A DNA stretch of 64,000 bases from an uncultured Gemmatimonadales bacterium (GCA_963793305.1 CAWBZV010000005.1:1408001-1472000), one strand, 5' to 3'. Positions 25,053-36,000 are shown, numbered from the stretch's first letter. Program-made: numbers and translations. Notes: generated from the sequence alone by a model not told the origin.

Positions 25053-25657
25053 TAGCGCCGCAGCACCCCGACGACGACGCCTTGAATTGAGATGTCGTTC
25101 TCGTGGACGTAAATCGGCGACATGGTCTCATTCGCCGGCTGCAGCCGAATGCGCCCGTCGCGCTCGCGATAGAACTTCTTGACGGTCGCCGAGGCCCCGC
25201 TGAGCATGGCGATGACCATTTCGCCGTTGTCGGCACTTTGCCGCTCGTTGACGACAACGAAATCGCCGTCGCGGATCTGCTCGTCGATCATCGAGTTTCC
25301 ACGAACGCGCAGCACATAGTGCTGCCCATTGCGCCGGACGAAGTCCTCGGGCACCGATACGTGCTCATCCACGGCGATGGACTCGATCGGCACGCCGGCT
25401 GCGACCTGGCCCAGCAGAGGTAGCTCGATCGCCCGAGGGAACGCCTCCGACGGCAGAATCTCGATCGCCCGGCTCTCGTTGTAATTGCGCTTGATGTAGC
25501 CTTTGCGCTCCAGATTGCTCAGGTGCTCATGCACCGTGGCCAACGAGTTATAGTTGAACTGCGAGGCGATCTCCTCGAAGCTCGGCGCGTATCCGTTGGC
25601 CTCGGTATAGCTCGTCAGAAAGGTCAGAATCTCGCGCTGCCGTTTCGTGAGCGGCAT
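25049..25657 (-). CDS. lexA: SOS repressor LexA
   Basis: wHTH LTKRQ...PSFEEI, cleavage site VAAG, catalytic GNSM and TVKK. Confidence 0.96.
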   Translation of the reverse strand: MPLTKRQREILTFLTSYTEANGYAPSFEEIASQFNYNSLATVHEHLSNLERKGYIKRNYNESRAIEILPSEAFPRAIELPLLGQVAAGVPIESIAVDEHVSVPEDFVRRNGQHYVLRVRGNSMIDEQIRDGDFVVVNERQSADNGEMVIAMLSGASATVKKFYRERDGRIRLQPANETMSPIYVHENDISIQGVVVGVLRRY

Positions 25658-25683
25658 GGCTATCCTCGCATGATGTATAGTTC

Positions 25684-25728
25684 CCGAACAGCTTCCGAAC
25701 CAACACTTTAGCCGAATATCGCCCGAAG
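25684..25728. promoter_or_regulatory. Two candidate LexA boxes (GAAC-N7-GAAC type direct repeats)
   Basis: GAAC-agcttcc-GAAC at 25686-25700 and GAAT-atcgccc-GAAG at 25714-25728, just upstream of lexA. Confidence 0.65.
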
Positions 25729-26541
25729 TGCAAGATTCTCGTCATTGGCAGCCGCCGACTGGGACACTTGGCGCCCTGGTGGATCGGGCATACGACCGGG
25801 CCCGGCAGCTCGATATCGAGGCCCTCAAAGCCGCCGCTTCCGCCACGCCAATCCCCCCCTCGTTCATCGAGGCGCTGCGCCGCGATGATGTCGGCGTCAT
25901 AGCGGAGATCAAGCGCCGGTCTCCGTCGCAAGGTGACATCAACCTCGCGCTTCGCGCTGGCGTGCAGGCCGCCGCTTATATCGAAGGCGGCGCCGCGGCG
26001 TTGTCGGTGCTCACCGAGCCCGATCAATTCGGCGGATCGTTGGCTGATCTCACCGAGGTGCGCGCGGCAGTCGCGGTCCCGCTGCTTCGAAAAGATTTCA
26101 TAGTCGACTACACCCAGATCGTCGAAGCCCGGGCGAACGGAGCGTCTGCTGTGTTGTTGATCGTCCGAGCGCTCGACCCGCTCGAGCTCGCCGATCTGAT
26201 GGAGGAAGCCAGCGCGTTCAACCTGACGCCGCTGGTCGAGATCCACGACCAGTGGGAGCTCAATGTCGCGCTGGCCCACGATGCGAAAGTGATCGGCGTA
26301 AACAATCGTGATCTCGAGACGTTGGTGGTCGACCCGCAGAACGTCCATTCGCTTGACGCCTAAGATCCCCGGTTGGGTGATCGCGATCGCCGAGAGCGGC
26401 ATCGCCGACCGCTCCGGTGTCGAGCTCCAGGCCGCCGCCGGCGCCGACGCCATCTTGTGCGGCTCGGCGGTCTCGGCCGCCCAAGACCCAGCCGCCGCCG
26501 TGCGCGCGCTCGTCGGCGTTCCGCGCGTGTGCCGGCCGTAA
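25728..26541 (+). CDS. trpC: Indole-3-glycerol phosphate synthase; +1 frameshift at 26339-26345
   Basis: IAEIKRRSPS, LSVLTE, LRKDFI, GVNNRDL; IAESGI continues in the 26308..26541 frame. Confidence 0.92.
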
Positions 26542-27155
26542 AATTTTGCGGCCTCCGCCGCGCGGAAGACGCGGCGGAGGCGGTGCGGCTCGGCGCCAAC
26601 TACGTCGGCGTGATCTTCGCCGGCGGCCCGCGCCTGGTCACGGTCGAGGAAGCCCGTACGGTGCTCGGACCGACCCGTGGCGCGGCTGTTCGCCGAGTCG
26701 GGGTCTTTGGCGCCGTGTCGCCGGCCGCCGTCGCCCGGGTCGTCGCTGAAGTCGCGCTCGACGTTGTCCAGCTGTCCGCCGACCCGGACGCCGAGATGGT
26801 CGAGGCGGTCCGCGCAGCCTCGGGGGCGGAGATCTGGGCAGCGGTCCGTTGCACCACCGAGTTTCCCCAGAGAGCTCTAGTTCTTTTCGAGCATGCCGAC
26901 GCCGTTCTCCTTGACGCGAAAGTCGATGGAAAGCTCGGCGGGACCGGCCGGACGCTCCCATGGGAGAACTTCGCGCGGGTGCGTACGCCGGGCCGGCGCC
27001 TGGTGCTCGCCGGTGGCCTCACGCCAGAGAACGTCGCCGAGGCGATAACAGTGCTCCAGCCAGATGTCGTCGACGTATCCTCCGGCGTAGAGACCGCGCC
27101 GGGGATCAAAGATCACGAGCGCATGCGCGCGTTCTTAGAAGCCACTCACCCATAA
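26529..27155 (+). CDS. trpF: Phosphoribosylanthranilate isomerase
   Basis: VKFCG, LAGGLTPENV, DVSSGVE. Confidence 0.94.
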   Translation: MPAVKFCGLRRAEDAAEAVRLGANYVGVIFAGGPRLVTVEEARTVLGPTRGAAVRRVGVFGAVSPAAVARVVAEVALDVVQLSADPDAEMVEAVRAASGAEIWAAVRCTTEFPQRALVLFEHADAVLLDAKVDGKLGGTGRTLPWENFARVRTPGRRLVLAGGLTPENVAEAITVLQPDVVDVSSGVETAPGIKDHERMRAFLEATHP

Positions 27156-27161
27156 AATCAA

Positions 27162-28322
27162 ATGGACGATCGCTTTGGTGCTTTTGGTGGACGTTACGTC
27201 CCGGAAACCCTGATCCCGGCGCTCGAGGAGCTGGATTGCGCGTTCCAGGCGTCCCTTGTCGATCCCGGGTTCCTGGCCGAGTGGAATGACCTCCTCACGA
27301 ACTACGTCGGCCGCCCGTCGCCTTTGAGTAGCGCGCCGCGTTTTTCGGAGCGAATCGGTGCGCCCGTGTATCTCAAACGCGAAGACCTGAATCACACGGG
27401 CGCCCACAAGATCAACAACACGGTGGGCCAAGCGCTGATCGCCCGACGGATGGGAAAGACCCGGATCATCGCCGAAACGGGAGCCGGACAACATGGCGTC
27501 GCGACGGCGACGATTTGTGCCCGTTTTGGGTTGCAATGCGTCGTGTACATGGGCGCAGAAGACATGCGGCGCCAGGAACTCAACGTCTATCGGATGCGGC
27601 TGATGGGAGCGTCGGTCGTCCCGGTCGAGAGTGGTACGCGAACGCTCAAGGATGCGACTACCGAAGCCATCCGCGACTGGGTCACTAACGTCACCGACAG
27701 CCACTACATAATCGGATCAGTGGTCGGCCCGGCTCCCTATCCTCGTATGGTACGTCACTTCCAGTCCGTGATCGGCCGCGAGGCGCGCGAGCAGATGCTC
27801 GCTCGCACGTCGCGTCTGCCGAAGACGGTCGTCGCCTGCGTCGGCGGGGGCTCGAACGCGATCGGGATTTTCTCAGGCTTTGTCGATGATTCGCAAGTCG
27901 ATCTCGTTGGGGTAGAAGCGGCGGGCCTGGGTCTCGACACGGGCCATCATTCGGCCTCCCTCTCGTGCGGCACGCCAGGCGTCCTCCATGGCTCGCTCTC
28001 CTACCTGCTGCAAGACGCCGCCGGTCAGGTACACCCCGCGCACTCGATCTCAGCAGGTCTGGACTATCCCGGTGTCGGCCCCGAGCACTCCTACCTGAAG
28101 GACAGCGGTCGGGCCGAATACGTGTCGATAACTGATGACGAAGCCATCAAAGGATTCGAGTTGTTGAGCAAGACCGAAGGCGTCATCCCCGCGCTGGAAA
28201 CGGCCCATGCCGTGGCGTGGATCGCGAAGTCCGCCGGCCGGTGGTCGTCGGACGAGCCGGTGCTGCTCTGCGTGAGCGGCCGCGGCGACAAAGACGTCGC
28301 CCAACTCAGCAGCATGAAATGA
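27162..28322 (+). CDS. trpB: Tryptophan synthase beta chain
   Basis: [14 protein letters not shown] motif, GGGSNA, SGRGDKD. Confidence 0.97.
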   Translation: MDDRFGAFGGRYVPETLIPALEELDCAFQASLVDPGFLAEWNDLLTNYVGRPSPLSSAPRFSERIGAPVYLKREDLNHTGAHKINNTVGQALIARRMGKTRIIAETGAGQHGVATATICARFGLQCVVYMGAEDMRRQELNVYRMRLMGASVVPVESGTRTLKDATTEAIRDWVTNVTDSHYIIGSVVGPAPYPRMVRHFQSVIGREAREQMLARTSRLPKTVVACVGGGSNAIGIFSGFVDDSQVDLVGVEAAGLGLDTGHHSASLSCGTPGVLHGSLSYLLQDAAGQVHPAHSISAGLDYPGVGPEHSYLKDSGRAEYVSITDDEAIKGFELLSKTEGVIPALETAHAVAWIAKSAGRWSSDEPVLLCVSGRGDKDVAQLSSMK

Positions 28323-30037
28323 CCGCGGCATCCGCGCAGGTCGCCGAGCAAGACGACGACGCCCCGGAAACCCCGTTTCCGCCGGCGCCGGTCATCGAGC
28401 TCTTCAAACTGTTCACCAAAGGCGTCCGCGCGCACCAGCTCTACATGCACAATAATCCCACCTATCTCAAGGCACTGGAGGTCTTGAGAGGTGGGTTCGC
28501 TCCAGTATGGGAGCACACCGATAGCGTCACGTTCACGATCACCGAGAGCACGCTCGTCTGGGAAGGCGTGACGGTGCTCGACGAATCCAGCAAATCGTCC
28601 GAGAGCCTCGCCTGGACCTTCTACAAGGACGGTGTACGCGAGCTCCGCTTCGAGAAGGGCTTCGAAGCCGACGACCTCGTCGCGTTCCTCGACGTGATCC
28701 AGCGCGCGCGACGCGCCAGCGAGGATGACGACCTTCTCGTGATGCTGTGGGAGAACGACCTGGCCCACTTGCGCTATCGCTATATCGATATCGGCAACGA
28801 CACGTCGGGCGTTCCGGACTTCTCGACGGAAGCGCCCGAGCCGCGCGTGATCGAGCCGCCAGGGGCGGACGATGCGCCGACGCCGGACGAGACCTTACTC
28901 CAGTCCCGCCCGGGCACCGTCAATCTCGAAGACTTCGACGCGACGCTCTACTTCCTCGACCAACACGAGGTCGAGTATCTCAAGGGCGAGGTCGAGAAAG
29001 AGTACGCGAGCGATCTCAGGGCGAACGTGCTGGCCATCCTGCTCGACATCTTCGAGCTCCAGGCCGACGGCGCCGTTCGCACCGAGATCGGCGAAATTCT
29101 CGACGGGCTCATGCTCCTGCTCTTGAGCGCGGCGCAGTTCCAATCCGTCGCCTACTTGATCAAGGAAACGCGCGACGCGGCCGAGCGGACCAAGGGGCTG
29201 GAGCCGCCGCACCGGGCGCTGTTGGCGAAGATTCCCGATCGCTTGAGCGATCCGATGGCGCTCGCTCAGGTACTGCAATCGCTCGACGAGGGCCACGAGC
29301 TGCCGCCGCAGGAAGATCTCAATGCGCTGTTCGATCAGCTCCGTCCGTCGGCGCTGGCGACGATCTTCGACTGGGTGGGCCGCGTCAACAATCCCGCCGT
29401 CCGCACGCTGCTGCAGACCGCGGGCACGCGCATTGCCGTGGCCCATACGTCCGAGCTCATGAAGCTGATCGGGAACAGCGATCGCGTGGTCGCGGTCGAG
29501 GCGATCCGGCGCGCGGGCGCCATGAAAAGCGCCGCGGCCGTCGCGCCGCTGGGCAAGCGCACGTCGGACCGCGACCCGGGCACGCGCCTCGCCGCCGTCC
29601 AGGCGCTCGCCGACATCGGCTCGGCCGGCGCGCTCCAATGGCTGGAGCGCGCGGTCGAGGACGATGACCGCGATGTGCGTGTCGCCGTTGCCCGCGCACT
29701 GACGGCCCGCGCCTATCGCCCGGCCCTGCCCAAGGTCGAGGCGATCGTGAAGGGCAAGGCGATCCGCGACGCGGATCTGACCGAGCGCATGGCGATGTTC
29801 GAGGCCTACGGCGCGCTCTCCGGAGACGCCGGCGTGCCGCTGCTCGACAAGATTCTCAACGAGCGCACGTTCCTCGGCAAACGCGAGGAGCCCGAGATGC
29901 GCGCGTGCGCGGCGATGGCGTTGGGTCGCATCGGCACCGACAAAGCGACCGAGTCGCTTCGCAAGTCGGTCAATGAGAAAGAGGTGATCGTGCGGAACGC
30001 CGTGAGCAAGGCGCTGCGCGGGGGTAATCAGGCATGA
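28319..30037 (+). CDS. HEAT-repeat protein with uncharacterised N-terminal domain
   Basis: Repeated D..VR..A..AL..IG units in the C-terminal half; ATGA overlaps at both ends. Confidence 0.8.
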   Translation: MTAASAQVAEQDDDAPETPFPPAPVIELFKLFTKGVRAHQLYMHNNPTYLKALEVLRGGFAPVWEHTDSVTFTITESTLVWEGVTVLDESSKSSESLAWTFYKDGVRELRFEKGFEADDLVAFLDVIQRARRASEDDDLLVMLWENDLAHLRYRYIDIGNDTSGVPDFSTEAPEPRVIEPPGADDAPTPDETLLQSRPGTVNLEDFDATLYFLDQHEVEYLKGEVEKEYASDLRANVLAILLDIFELQADGAVRTEIGEILDGLMLLLLSAAQFQSVAYLIKETRDAAERTKGLEPPHRALLAKIPDRLSDPMALAQVLQSLDEGHELPPQEDLNALFDQLRPSALATIFDWVGRVNNPAVRTLLQTAGTRIAVAHTSELMKLIGNSDRVVAVEAIRRAGAMKSAAAVAPLGKRTSDRDPGTRLAAVQALADIGSAGALQWLERAVEDDDRDVRVAVARALTARAYRPALPKVEAIVKGKAIRDADLTERMAMFEAYGALSGDAGVPLLDKILNERTFLGKREEPEMRACAAMALGRIGTDKATESLRKSVNEKEVIVRNAVSKALRGGNQA

Positions 30038-31528
30038 CCGCGCCCGCCAAGCCGCCAGCCAAGCCGCCGCGCGAGGGCGTCTCGAACCCTCACAAGAACG
30101 AGTCGGGCAGCGATGCCGCCGTCCGCAAAGTTGGCCGCGCGTTCATCATCACGTTCTACGGCGCGCTGCGGGCGATCAAGCTGTACCCGGTCGAAAACGC
30201 GGCCGTGCAAAAGTCGCTCGACGACCTGACGCAATCGAGCCGGATGCTGCTGCACCAGGAGAAGGAGCTCGAGTTCCGGGCCAGCGGCGAATTCATTTTT
30301 ATCAACCAGACGCGTTTACGCCTGGACGTCGACAACTACACGAGCTTCAGCAACCTGTTGTCGCTGTTCCGCGCCAACGGGGTAGGCTCGCTCCGGGTGG
30401 CGGAGGGCGTCACCGCCCGCGAGTGGCTCGTATTGCTGTCGCTGCTCCAGGCGCCAGGCAACGAAGGCCCCGAGGAGCGCTACTTCCAGCTCGCCGGCAA
30501 GCTGGAGCAAGCGAAGGTGCTGTCGTTCGAATTCGGCCCGCCGGTCGATGCCGGTCTCGATGCCCAAGTCAAAGAGCAGGTCAAGGAGGCGGCGAAGCGC
30601 ACCTATCGCCAGTCCGTCGCGGTCACGAAAGAGTGCATCAACTCGGTTCGCCTCGGCAAAGCCCCGAACGTCAAGAAGCTGAAACGGATAGTGCAGGGGA
30701 TCGTCGACGCGATCCTGAACGACGAGACATCGCTCTTCGGCCTGACGACCATCCGCGATTACGACGAGTACACGTTCACGCACAGCGTCAACGTGTGTAT
30801 CTTCTCGGTCGCCCTCGGCCGACGCCTCGGCCTTGGGAAGCTCCAGTTGTACGATCTGGGGCTGGCGGCGTTGTTTCACGACATCGGCAAAGCGCGCGTC
30901 CCGGTGGACGTGCTGAACAAAGCCGAAGGACTGTCCGAGGAAGAGTGGCGGCTCATCACGAATCATCCCTGGCTCGGCGTGCTCTCGCTGTTCCGCATGC
31001 GTGGCTCGCAGGATCTCCCCTATCGGTCGATGGTGGTCGCCTACGAGCACCACATGAAGACCGATCTGTCGGGCTATCCCAAGGTCGTCCGTCCGCGATC
31101 GAATGTCCATCTTCAGCAAGATCGTGGCGGTCGCCGACGGGTTCGACGCCGCGACCTCGCGACGCGCGTATCAGACCGACCCCTTGTCGCCCGCGGCCGT
31201 CCTGCAGGAGATGCGGGACAATCCGAAGCGTGGCATGGACCCGGTCGTCGTCAAAGCCTTTATCAACCTGCTCGGGTTGTACCCGGTGGGCACGCTGGTC
31301 GTCCTCGATACCTTCGAGCTGGGGATCGTCCACTCGGCGAATCCCAACCCCGAAGTGATGTCGCGCCCGATCGTGCGTGTCGTCAGCGACCCGCAGGGCA
31401 ATATTCTGCACCCGGGTACGCTCGTGGACATGGCCGAGCAGAACGCCAGTGGCGTCTTCGTTCGGACGATCATCAAAACTGCCGACCCGGATCGATATGG
31501 CATCCGGATCGGTGACTATTTCGTTTGA
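30034..31528 (+). CDS. HD-GYP phosphodiesterase-like protein; +1 frameshift at 31101-31107
   Basis: YTFTHSVNV, HDIGK, HHMKTDLSGYP; IVAVADGFDA...YPVGTLV in the 31103..31528 frame. Confidence 0.88.
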
Positions 31529-32276
31529 GGCGCTTCGCGCCCAGGGCAAACGCGCGCTCGTCTGCTACATCACGGCCGGCCACCCGACGCTGGCTGCCTC
31601 GGCTGAGCTCCTTGGCTCGCTGGCCGACGCCGGCGCTGATATCGTCGAAGTCGGCGTCCCGTTCTCGGATCCGTTAGCCGACGGCCCGGTTATCCAAGCG
31701 AGCAGCCAGCAGGCCCTCTCACTCGGTGTCACATATTCTCGCGTTCTAGATCTCGTCGCGTCGACACGTCCGTCGATCCCGGTGGTACTGTTCTCGTACC
31801 TGAACCCGATCCTGGCCGCGGGCCCGGATGCACTGAGTAAGGCGCGCGCCGCCGGCGCCGCCGGGATTCTGATCACCGATCTGCCCGTAGGAGCCGATCC
31901 AGCCCGCGAGAAGTGGCTGGGCGAGAGTGGCCTGGACTTCGTGCGCCTGGTTGCCCCAACAACGCCGAAAGAACGCATGGCCGAAATTGCCCGCCACGGC
32001 AGCGGCTTCGTGTACCTGATCAGCCGCCTTGGCGTGACGGGTGCCCGAGCCGAGCTACCGGCGGATCTCCCGGACACAATCGCGCGCCTGCGGTCGGCGA
32101 CGACGCTCCCGATCTGCGTCGGCTTCGGGATCAGCCGTCCCGAGCATGCATCCGCGGTCGGCCGCCAAGCGGACGGCATCGTGGTCGGCAGCGCGTTGGT
32201 CTCCGCCGCGGGCCGCAGCATCAAGGAGGCGCTGGCCCTGGTGCAGGGGCTGCGTAAGGGTCTCGACGGGTGCTGA
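31497..32276 (+). CDS. trpA: Tryptophan synthase alpha chain
   Basis: EVGVPFSDPLADGPVIQ, GVTG, VGFGIS, DGIVVGSA. Confidence 0.96.
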   Translation: MASGSVTISFEALRAQGKRALVCYITAGHPTLAASAELLGSLADAGADIVEVGVPFSDPLADGPVIQASSQQALSLGVTYSRVLDLVASTRPSIPVVLFSYLNPILAAGPDALSKARAAGAAGILITDLPVGADPAREKWLGESGLDFVRLVAPTTPKERMAEIARHGSGFVYLISRLGVTGARAELPADLPDTIARLRSATTLPICVGFGISRPEHASAVGRQADGIVVGSALVSAAGRSIKEALALVQGLRKGLDGC

Positions 32277-32370
32277 GAAGCGCACCCGCGAGACCCAGTC
32301 GGTTGGACTGAGCTCGGCTGTTGCCGAGCTCTACGCCGTTACGGGGTGACTGTCCCGGGCGTGTTGTAGC

Positions 32371-34442
32371 GTGGGAACATTCTTAAGACGTTATACCCGC
32401 GTAGTCGGATTCGCTGGCTCGCTCCTGCTCATCGCGGCCCTGATCTGGGACCGCTCGTGGGAATCGCGCGGGGTCTCGATGCTCCTGCTCGCCGGGCTTT
32501 CCGTCGTGCTGCGCATCGGCCAGATCCCGCTCACCAAATACTCGGCGGTCAATCTGCTGAGCGCCGTCGCCGTCGGCGGCGCGTTGCTCGTCGGCGCGCC
32601 GGCGACCGCGTTGGCGCTCTATACGGGCGTGCTCATCGCCGACCTGGTCGTCCTGCGAAAAACCGGCGAGTTCGCCTGGATCAACGCGAGCCGCGAGGTC
32701 GTCGCCCTGATCGCGGCGTATGGCTTCTACGCGTGGGTGATGAAGTGGATGGGCGCGCGCACGCTCTCGCCCGACACGGTGCCGGCGGCGGCCCTCTTCG
32801 CCGTACTCTATTTCACGCTCAGCCGCGCGCTCCTGTACTTCACGCTCCTGATCCGCGACAAGCTGCTGCCCGATGAGTTGTCGCTCATCATTCGCTACGA
32901 GTTGATCGTGTTCGGCGCCGGCGTCGGTGGCGCCGCCGCGGCACTCATCTCCATCGCGTTTTACGGCTTCGGCGCCTGGCCGATGCTCCTCGTGCTCGGC
33001 GTCTCGGGCTGGGTCCTCAAGCGAGTGCTCGAGGAATCCATCGCGGCCGAGGAGTTGAGCAACATCCATGCGGTCGACGAGGTCGTCATGGCCAATGTCG
33101 GGCTCGCCGAGGGATTCGCCTGGATCGAGCGCCTGGGTCATCGGCTGGTGGACTGGGGCACCATGCGGATCTTTCGGCTCGGCGCCGACGGTCTTCGTCT
33201 CGTTTGGCAAAGTGGGCAGGGCCTGATATCGGAGCCCGAGAAACCTGGCTCGGACGGCGCCATACTCCGCCGGCTCGCGCTCGACAGCGGCAAACCGTGC
33301 GTGGTCATCGACGCGTTGCGCGATCGCCGTGTCGAGAACCCGCGTCCCGAGGCGCGAAGCGGGATCGTGCTCCCGCTCAGATTTGGCGACCGCAATGTCG
33401 GCCTCGTGGAGCTCGAGCACCACAAGCGCAGCGCCTATGGCAAGAAGGAAGTCGCCCTGGTCCAGCGCTTCGCGAACCAGCTCGCGACGACGCTGCACAT
33501 CAACGACCTCCGTCAGCCACTGCTCGACGCTGTCACCAGCGTCGGCAGCCAGATCCGCACGCTCGGCGACTCGGCGCGCACGCTCCGTGGCGGCGGCGAG
33601 GGCGTCGCGCGCACGATCGCCGAGATCTCTCGCGGGATCGTCTCCGAGAACGAGGAGCTGGAGCGCTCGCTCGTGGTCACGCGCGCGCTGCACGAAGCCA
33701 CGACCAGCGTCGCCCGCGACGGCAGCGCGGCCGCCGAGGCGAGCCGCCACGCCACCGAGGTCGCGGGCAAGCACCGCGGCACGATCGCCGGCGCCATCGA
33801 GCGCCTCGTCGACGCGAAGGGTTTCGTCGGCGAAAGCTCGTCACGAATCGATGAGCTGGCGAAGACGACCCGCAGCGTAACCGACTGTATCGCGTTGATC
33901 CGCAACGTCGCCGAGCAAACCGACTTGCTCGCGCTCAACGCCGCGATCGAAGCGGCCCGCGCCGGCGAACGCGGCCGCGGCTTCGCGGTCGTCGCTGACG
34001 AAGTGCGTAAACTCGCCGAGCGCAGCGCCCGCGCCTCGGCAGAAGCCGGCGAAATAATCCTCGGTTTCGAAGAGCAGAATGCGCCGCGTCGCCGAGCAGA
34101 TGGAACGCGGCCGCGCGATCGTAGGCGACGTAGAGACCCTATCGGAAACAGCCCTCGGCGCCCTCGACGTAATCGTCGCTTCTACAGCAACCTCCGCCGA
34201 GCGCGCCCAACGCATCGCCCGCGTCAGCCGCGACCAGGAGTCCGAATGCGCCCGCCTCCGCGAGCGCGTCACCCGCATCTCCGAGATCGCCCAACGCAAT
34301 CGCCTGGGCGCCGAGAACGTCGCCGCCACCGCCCGCGACCAGGCGTCCGCCCTCGTCGAACTCGAGGGCGTCGCTCGGGAGCTTGCGCACGGTCGCCGGT
34401 TATCTCGGCAACGTCTCGCGCCGCATTACGTCGGCTGCGTAA
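32371..34442 (+). CDS. Methyl-accepting chemotaxis protein with multi-TM N-terminus and GAF domain; +1 frameshifts near 34078 and 34383
   Basis: Several TM segments, GAF ([19 protein letters not shown]), [27 protein letters not shown]; corrected end ...RRITSAA* at 34442. Confidence 0.85.
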
Positions 34443-34515
34443 AGAACCGTTCGCGCCATATTCCCCGGGCGAATCTGCGCGTTGATCGAGCATGCCAGCC
34501 GAAGTAGCGTTCGGC

Positions 34516-34704
34516 GTGAAAATCCGGGATTTGATTCGTATATTGGAGAGAGATGGTTGGTTGCAGGCGCGAACGCGCGGCAGTCACCGCCAGTACAAGC
34601 ACCCGACGAAACGCGGTGTCGTCACCGTCGCGGGTCATGAAAACGATGACATCGCCAAGGGTACGCTGAACAGCGTCTTGAAGCAGGCAGGACTCAAACT
34701 ATGA
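34516..34704 (+). CDS. hicA: HicA-family mRNA interferase toxin
   Basis: GW...RGSHRQYKHP...VTVAGH...GTLNSVLKQAGL. Confidence 0.9.
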   Translation: MKIRDLIRILERDGWLQARTRGSHRQYKHPTKRGVVTVAGHENDDIAKGTLNSVLKQAGLKL

Positions 34705-34916
34705 GCCGATACCTGATCGTCATCGAAGAGACCCCGACGGGCTATTCAGCGTATTCGCCGGATCTGCCCGGTTGTGTCGCAACTGGTCGTGATCGTGCCG
34801 AGGTCCAGCAGGTGATGCGCGAGGCGATAGCGTTCCACATCGAGGGGCTGCAACAGGCAGGAGAGCCCATCCCTCGCCCGGTCTCGACATCCGCATACGT
34901 CAACGTCGCTGCGTAG
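34701..34916 (+). CDS. hicB: HicB-family antitoxin (short, no DNA-binding domain)
   Basis: YSAYSPDLPGCVATG...EAIAFHIEGL...PIP; ATGA overlap with hicA. Confidence 0.9.
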   Translation: MSRYLIVIEETPTGYSAYSPDLPGCVATGRDRAEVQQVMREAIAFHIEGLQQAGEPIPRPVSTSAYVNVAA

Positions 34917-34922
34917 CGCCGC

Positions 34923-35027
34923 CTAACCTCGGCCGAGAATTGCCTGCGAGCCAAGGACGTAGAGTTCGTGTACATCGGCTACGTCGCACGCGGCGCGAAT
35001 AGCGTGTTCGAGCTCCTCGCGGGTCAT
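34923..35027 (-). pseudogene. 34-aa N-terminal remnant of a DUF6036-like nucleotidyltransferase
   Basis: Manual translation MTREELEHAIRAACDVADVHELYVLGSQAILGRG*; starts 7 nt after the upstream gene with an AGAGGG RBS. Confidence 0.65.
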
Positions 35028-35034
35028 AGCCCCT

Positions 35035-35997
35035 CTAGGTCGCCCGTACTATCGCGTCGCGCTCGCTGGGCGAGAGCGCGTCGAGAAAAGGGAGCGACTG
35101 GCGAAGGCGCGTGGCGCGAGCACCAGGGTCGACCAGGAGGCGACGGAGTTTCGCGACCGAGCTCGTTGCCAGAATCCGGTCCCACTCCTCGAGCGTTTTG
35201 CGTTCGCTTGCTGATGCCCGCGACAAGCGTCGCGCGATTGTTCTCCGGGCGCGGGAGACTAAGGTCGGCTCTGACTTCAGTTTCTTCGCGATTGCCTCGC
35301 CGAGCGCCACCGCGCGCGCGTCGAGATCACCGTGCACGCGTGTGTTTCGCCTCGGTCCGGAGGGTTGAACCAACGGCGATAGCGGAGACAGTCCGACGAG
35401 AGGGATGACATCAACAAGCACCTCTCGCTCGGTTGAAGTAAGGGTCTCGAGGTCAGCGTGCGTCAGCTGCCTGACGTCGATCGTGATGTCCTCCTCGGCC
35501 TCCACCGGCGCAAGACTCTGACGAAGTGCCGCAACGTTGGTCTCAATGCTCGTGTCGTGTGCCAGAATGCCAACTACGATCGGGTCACCCGGTCGATCAC
35601 GGCCAGTGGCGACGGAGCCTTCGATCCAGACGTGGGCAACCGGAGTCGGAAACGCCTCTAGCGCGGCTCGTTTTATTCGATTCACGATGCGCTCAAAGTA
35701 GCTTCGCTCGGCAGCGAAGAAGCGCGTCAGTGCCGTCGCCAGCGGGTGTCGACGCGCGATCTGGACGAGTCGTCGAGACCCGCCTCCTATCATCTCGACG
35801 ATTCCGACATCAACCAGTTCAGCGAGTGCGATGCGCACACCGGAGGGGCGGAGGGCCGCACGATGCGCGACCTCACCCGCCGTGATCGGTCCTTCCGTCG
35901 AGGTGAGCACTCGCAGAATACGCACTCGTGCCTCGGTGCCCAAGATACTGTTCAGCGGGCTACGGAGGGCGCTTTGAGCTGTGGCTGTCGGACGCAT
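35035..35997 (-). CDS. wHTH + degenerate nucleotidyltransferase-like domain + C-terminal RQSxPF domain protein (TA-associated)
   Basis: N-terminal wHTH (TAGEVAHRAAL...LAELVDVGIV); GSVATGRDRPGDPI; EWDRIL...ATRLRQSLPF. Confidence 0.7.
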   Translation of the reverse strand: MRPTATAQSALRSPLNSILGTEARVRILRVLTSTEGPITAGEVAHRAALRPSGVRIALAELVDVGIVEMIGGGSRRLVQIARRHPLATALTRFFAAERSYFERIVNRIKRAALEAFPTPVAHVWIEGSVATGRDRPGDPIVVGILAHDTSIETNVAALRQSLAPVEAEEDITIDVRQLTHADLETLTSTEREVLVDVIPLVGLSPLSPLVQPSGPRRNTRVHGDLDARAVALGEAIAKKLKSEPTLVSRARRTIARRLSRASASERKTLEEWDRILATSSVAKLRRLLVDPGARATRLRQSLPFLDALSPSERDAIVRAT

Positions 35998-36000
35998 GCG

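Noticed and set aside
32310..32331. Hairpin GAGCTCGGC-TGTT-GCCGAGCTC after trpA
   Set aside because: Possible terminator but no U-tract; not enough support to call
34921..35030. Complete integron attC site
   Set aside because: No complementary R' site or L boxes downstream; the sequence is explained by the antisense gene remnant
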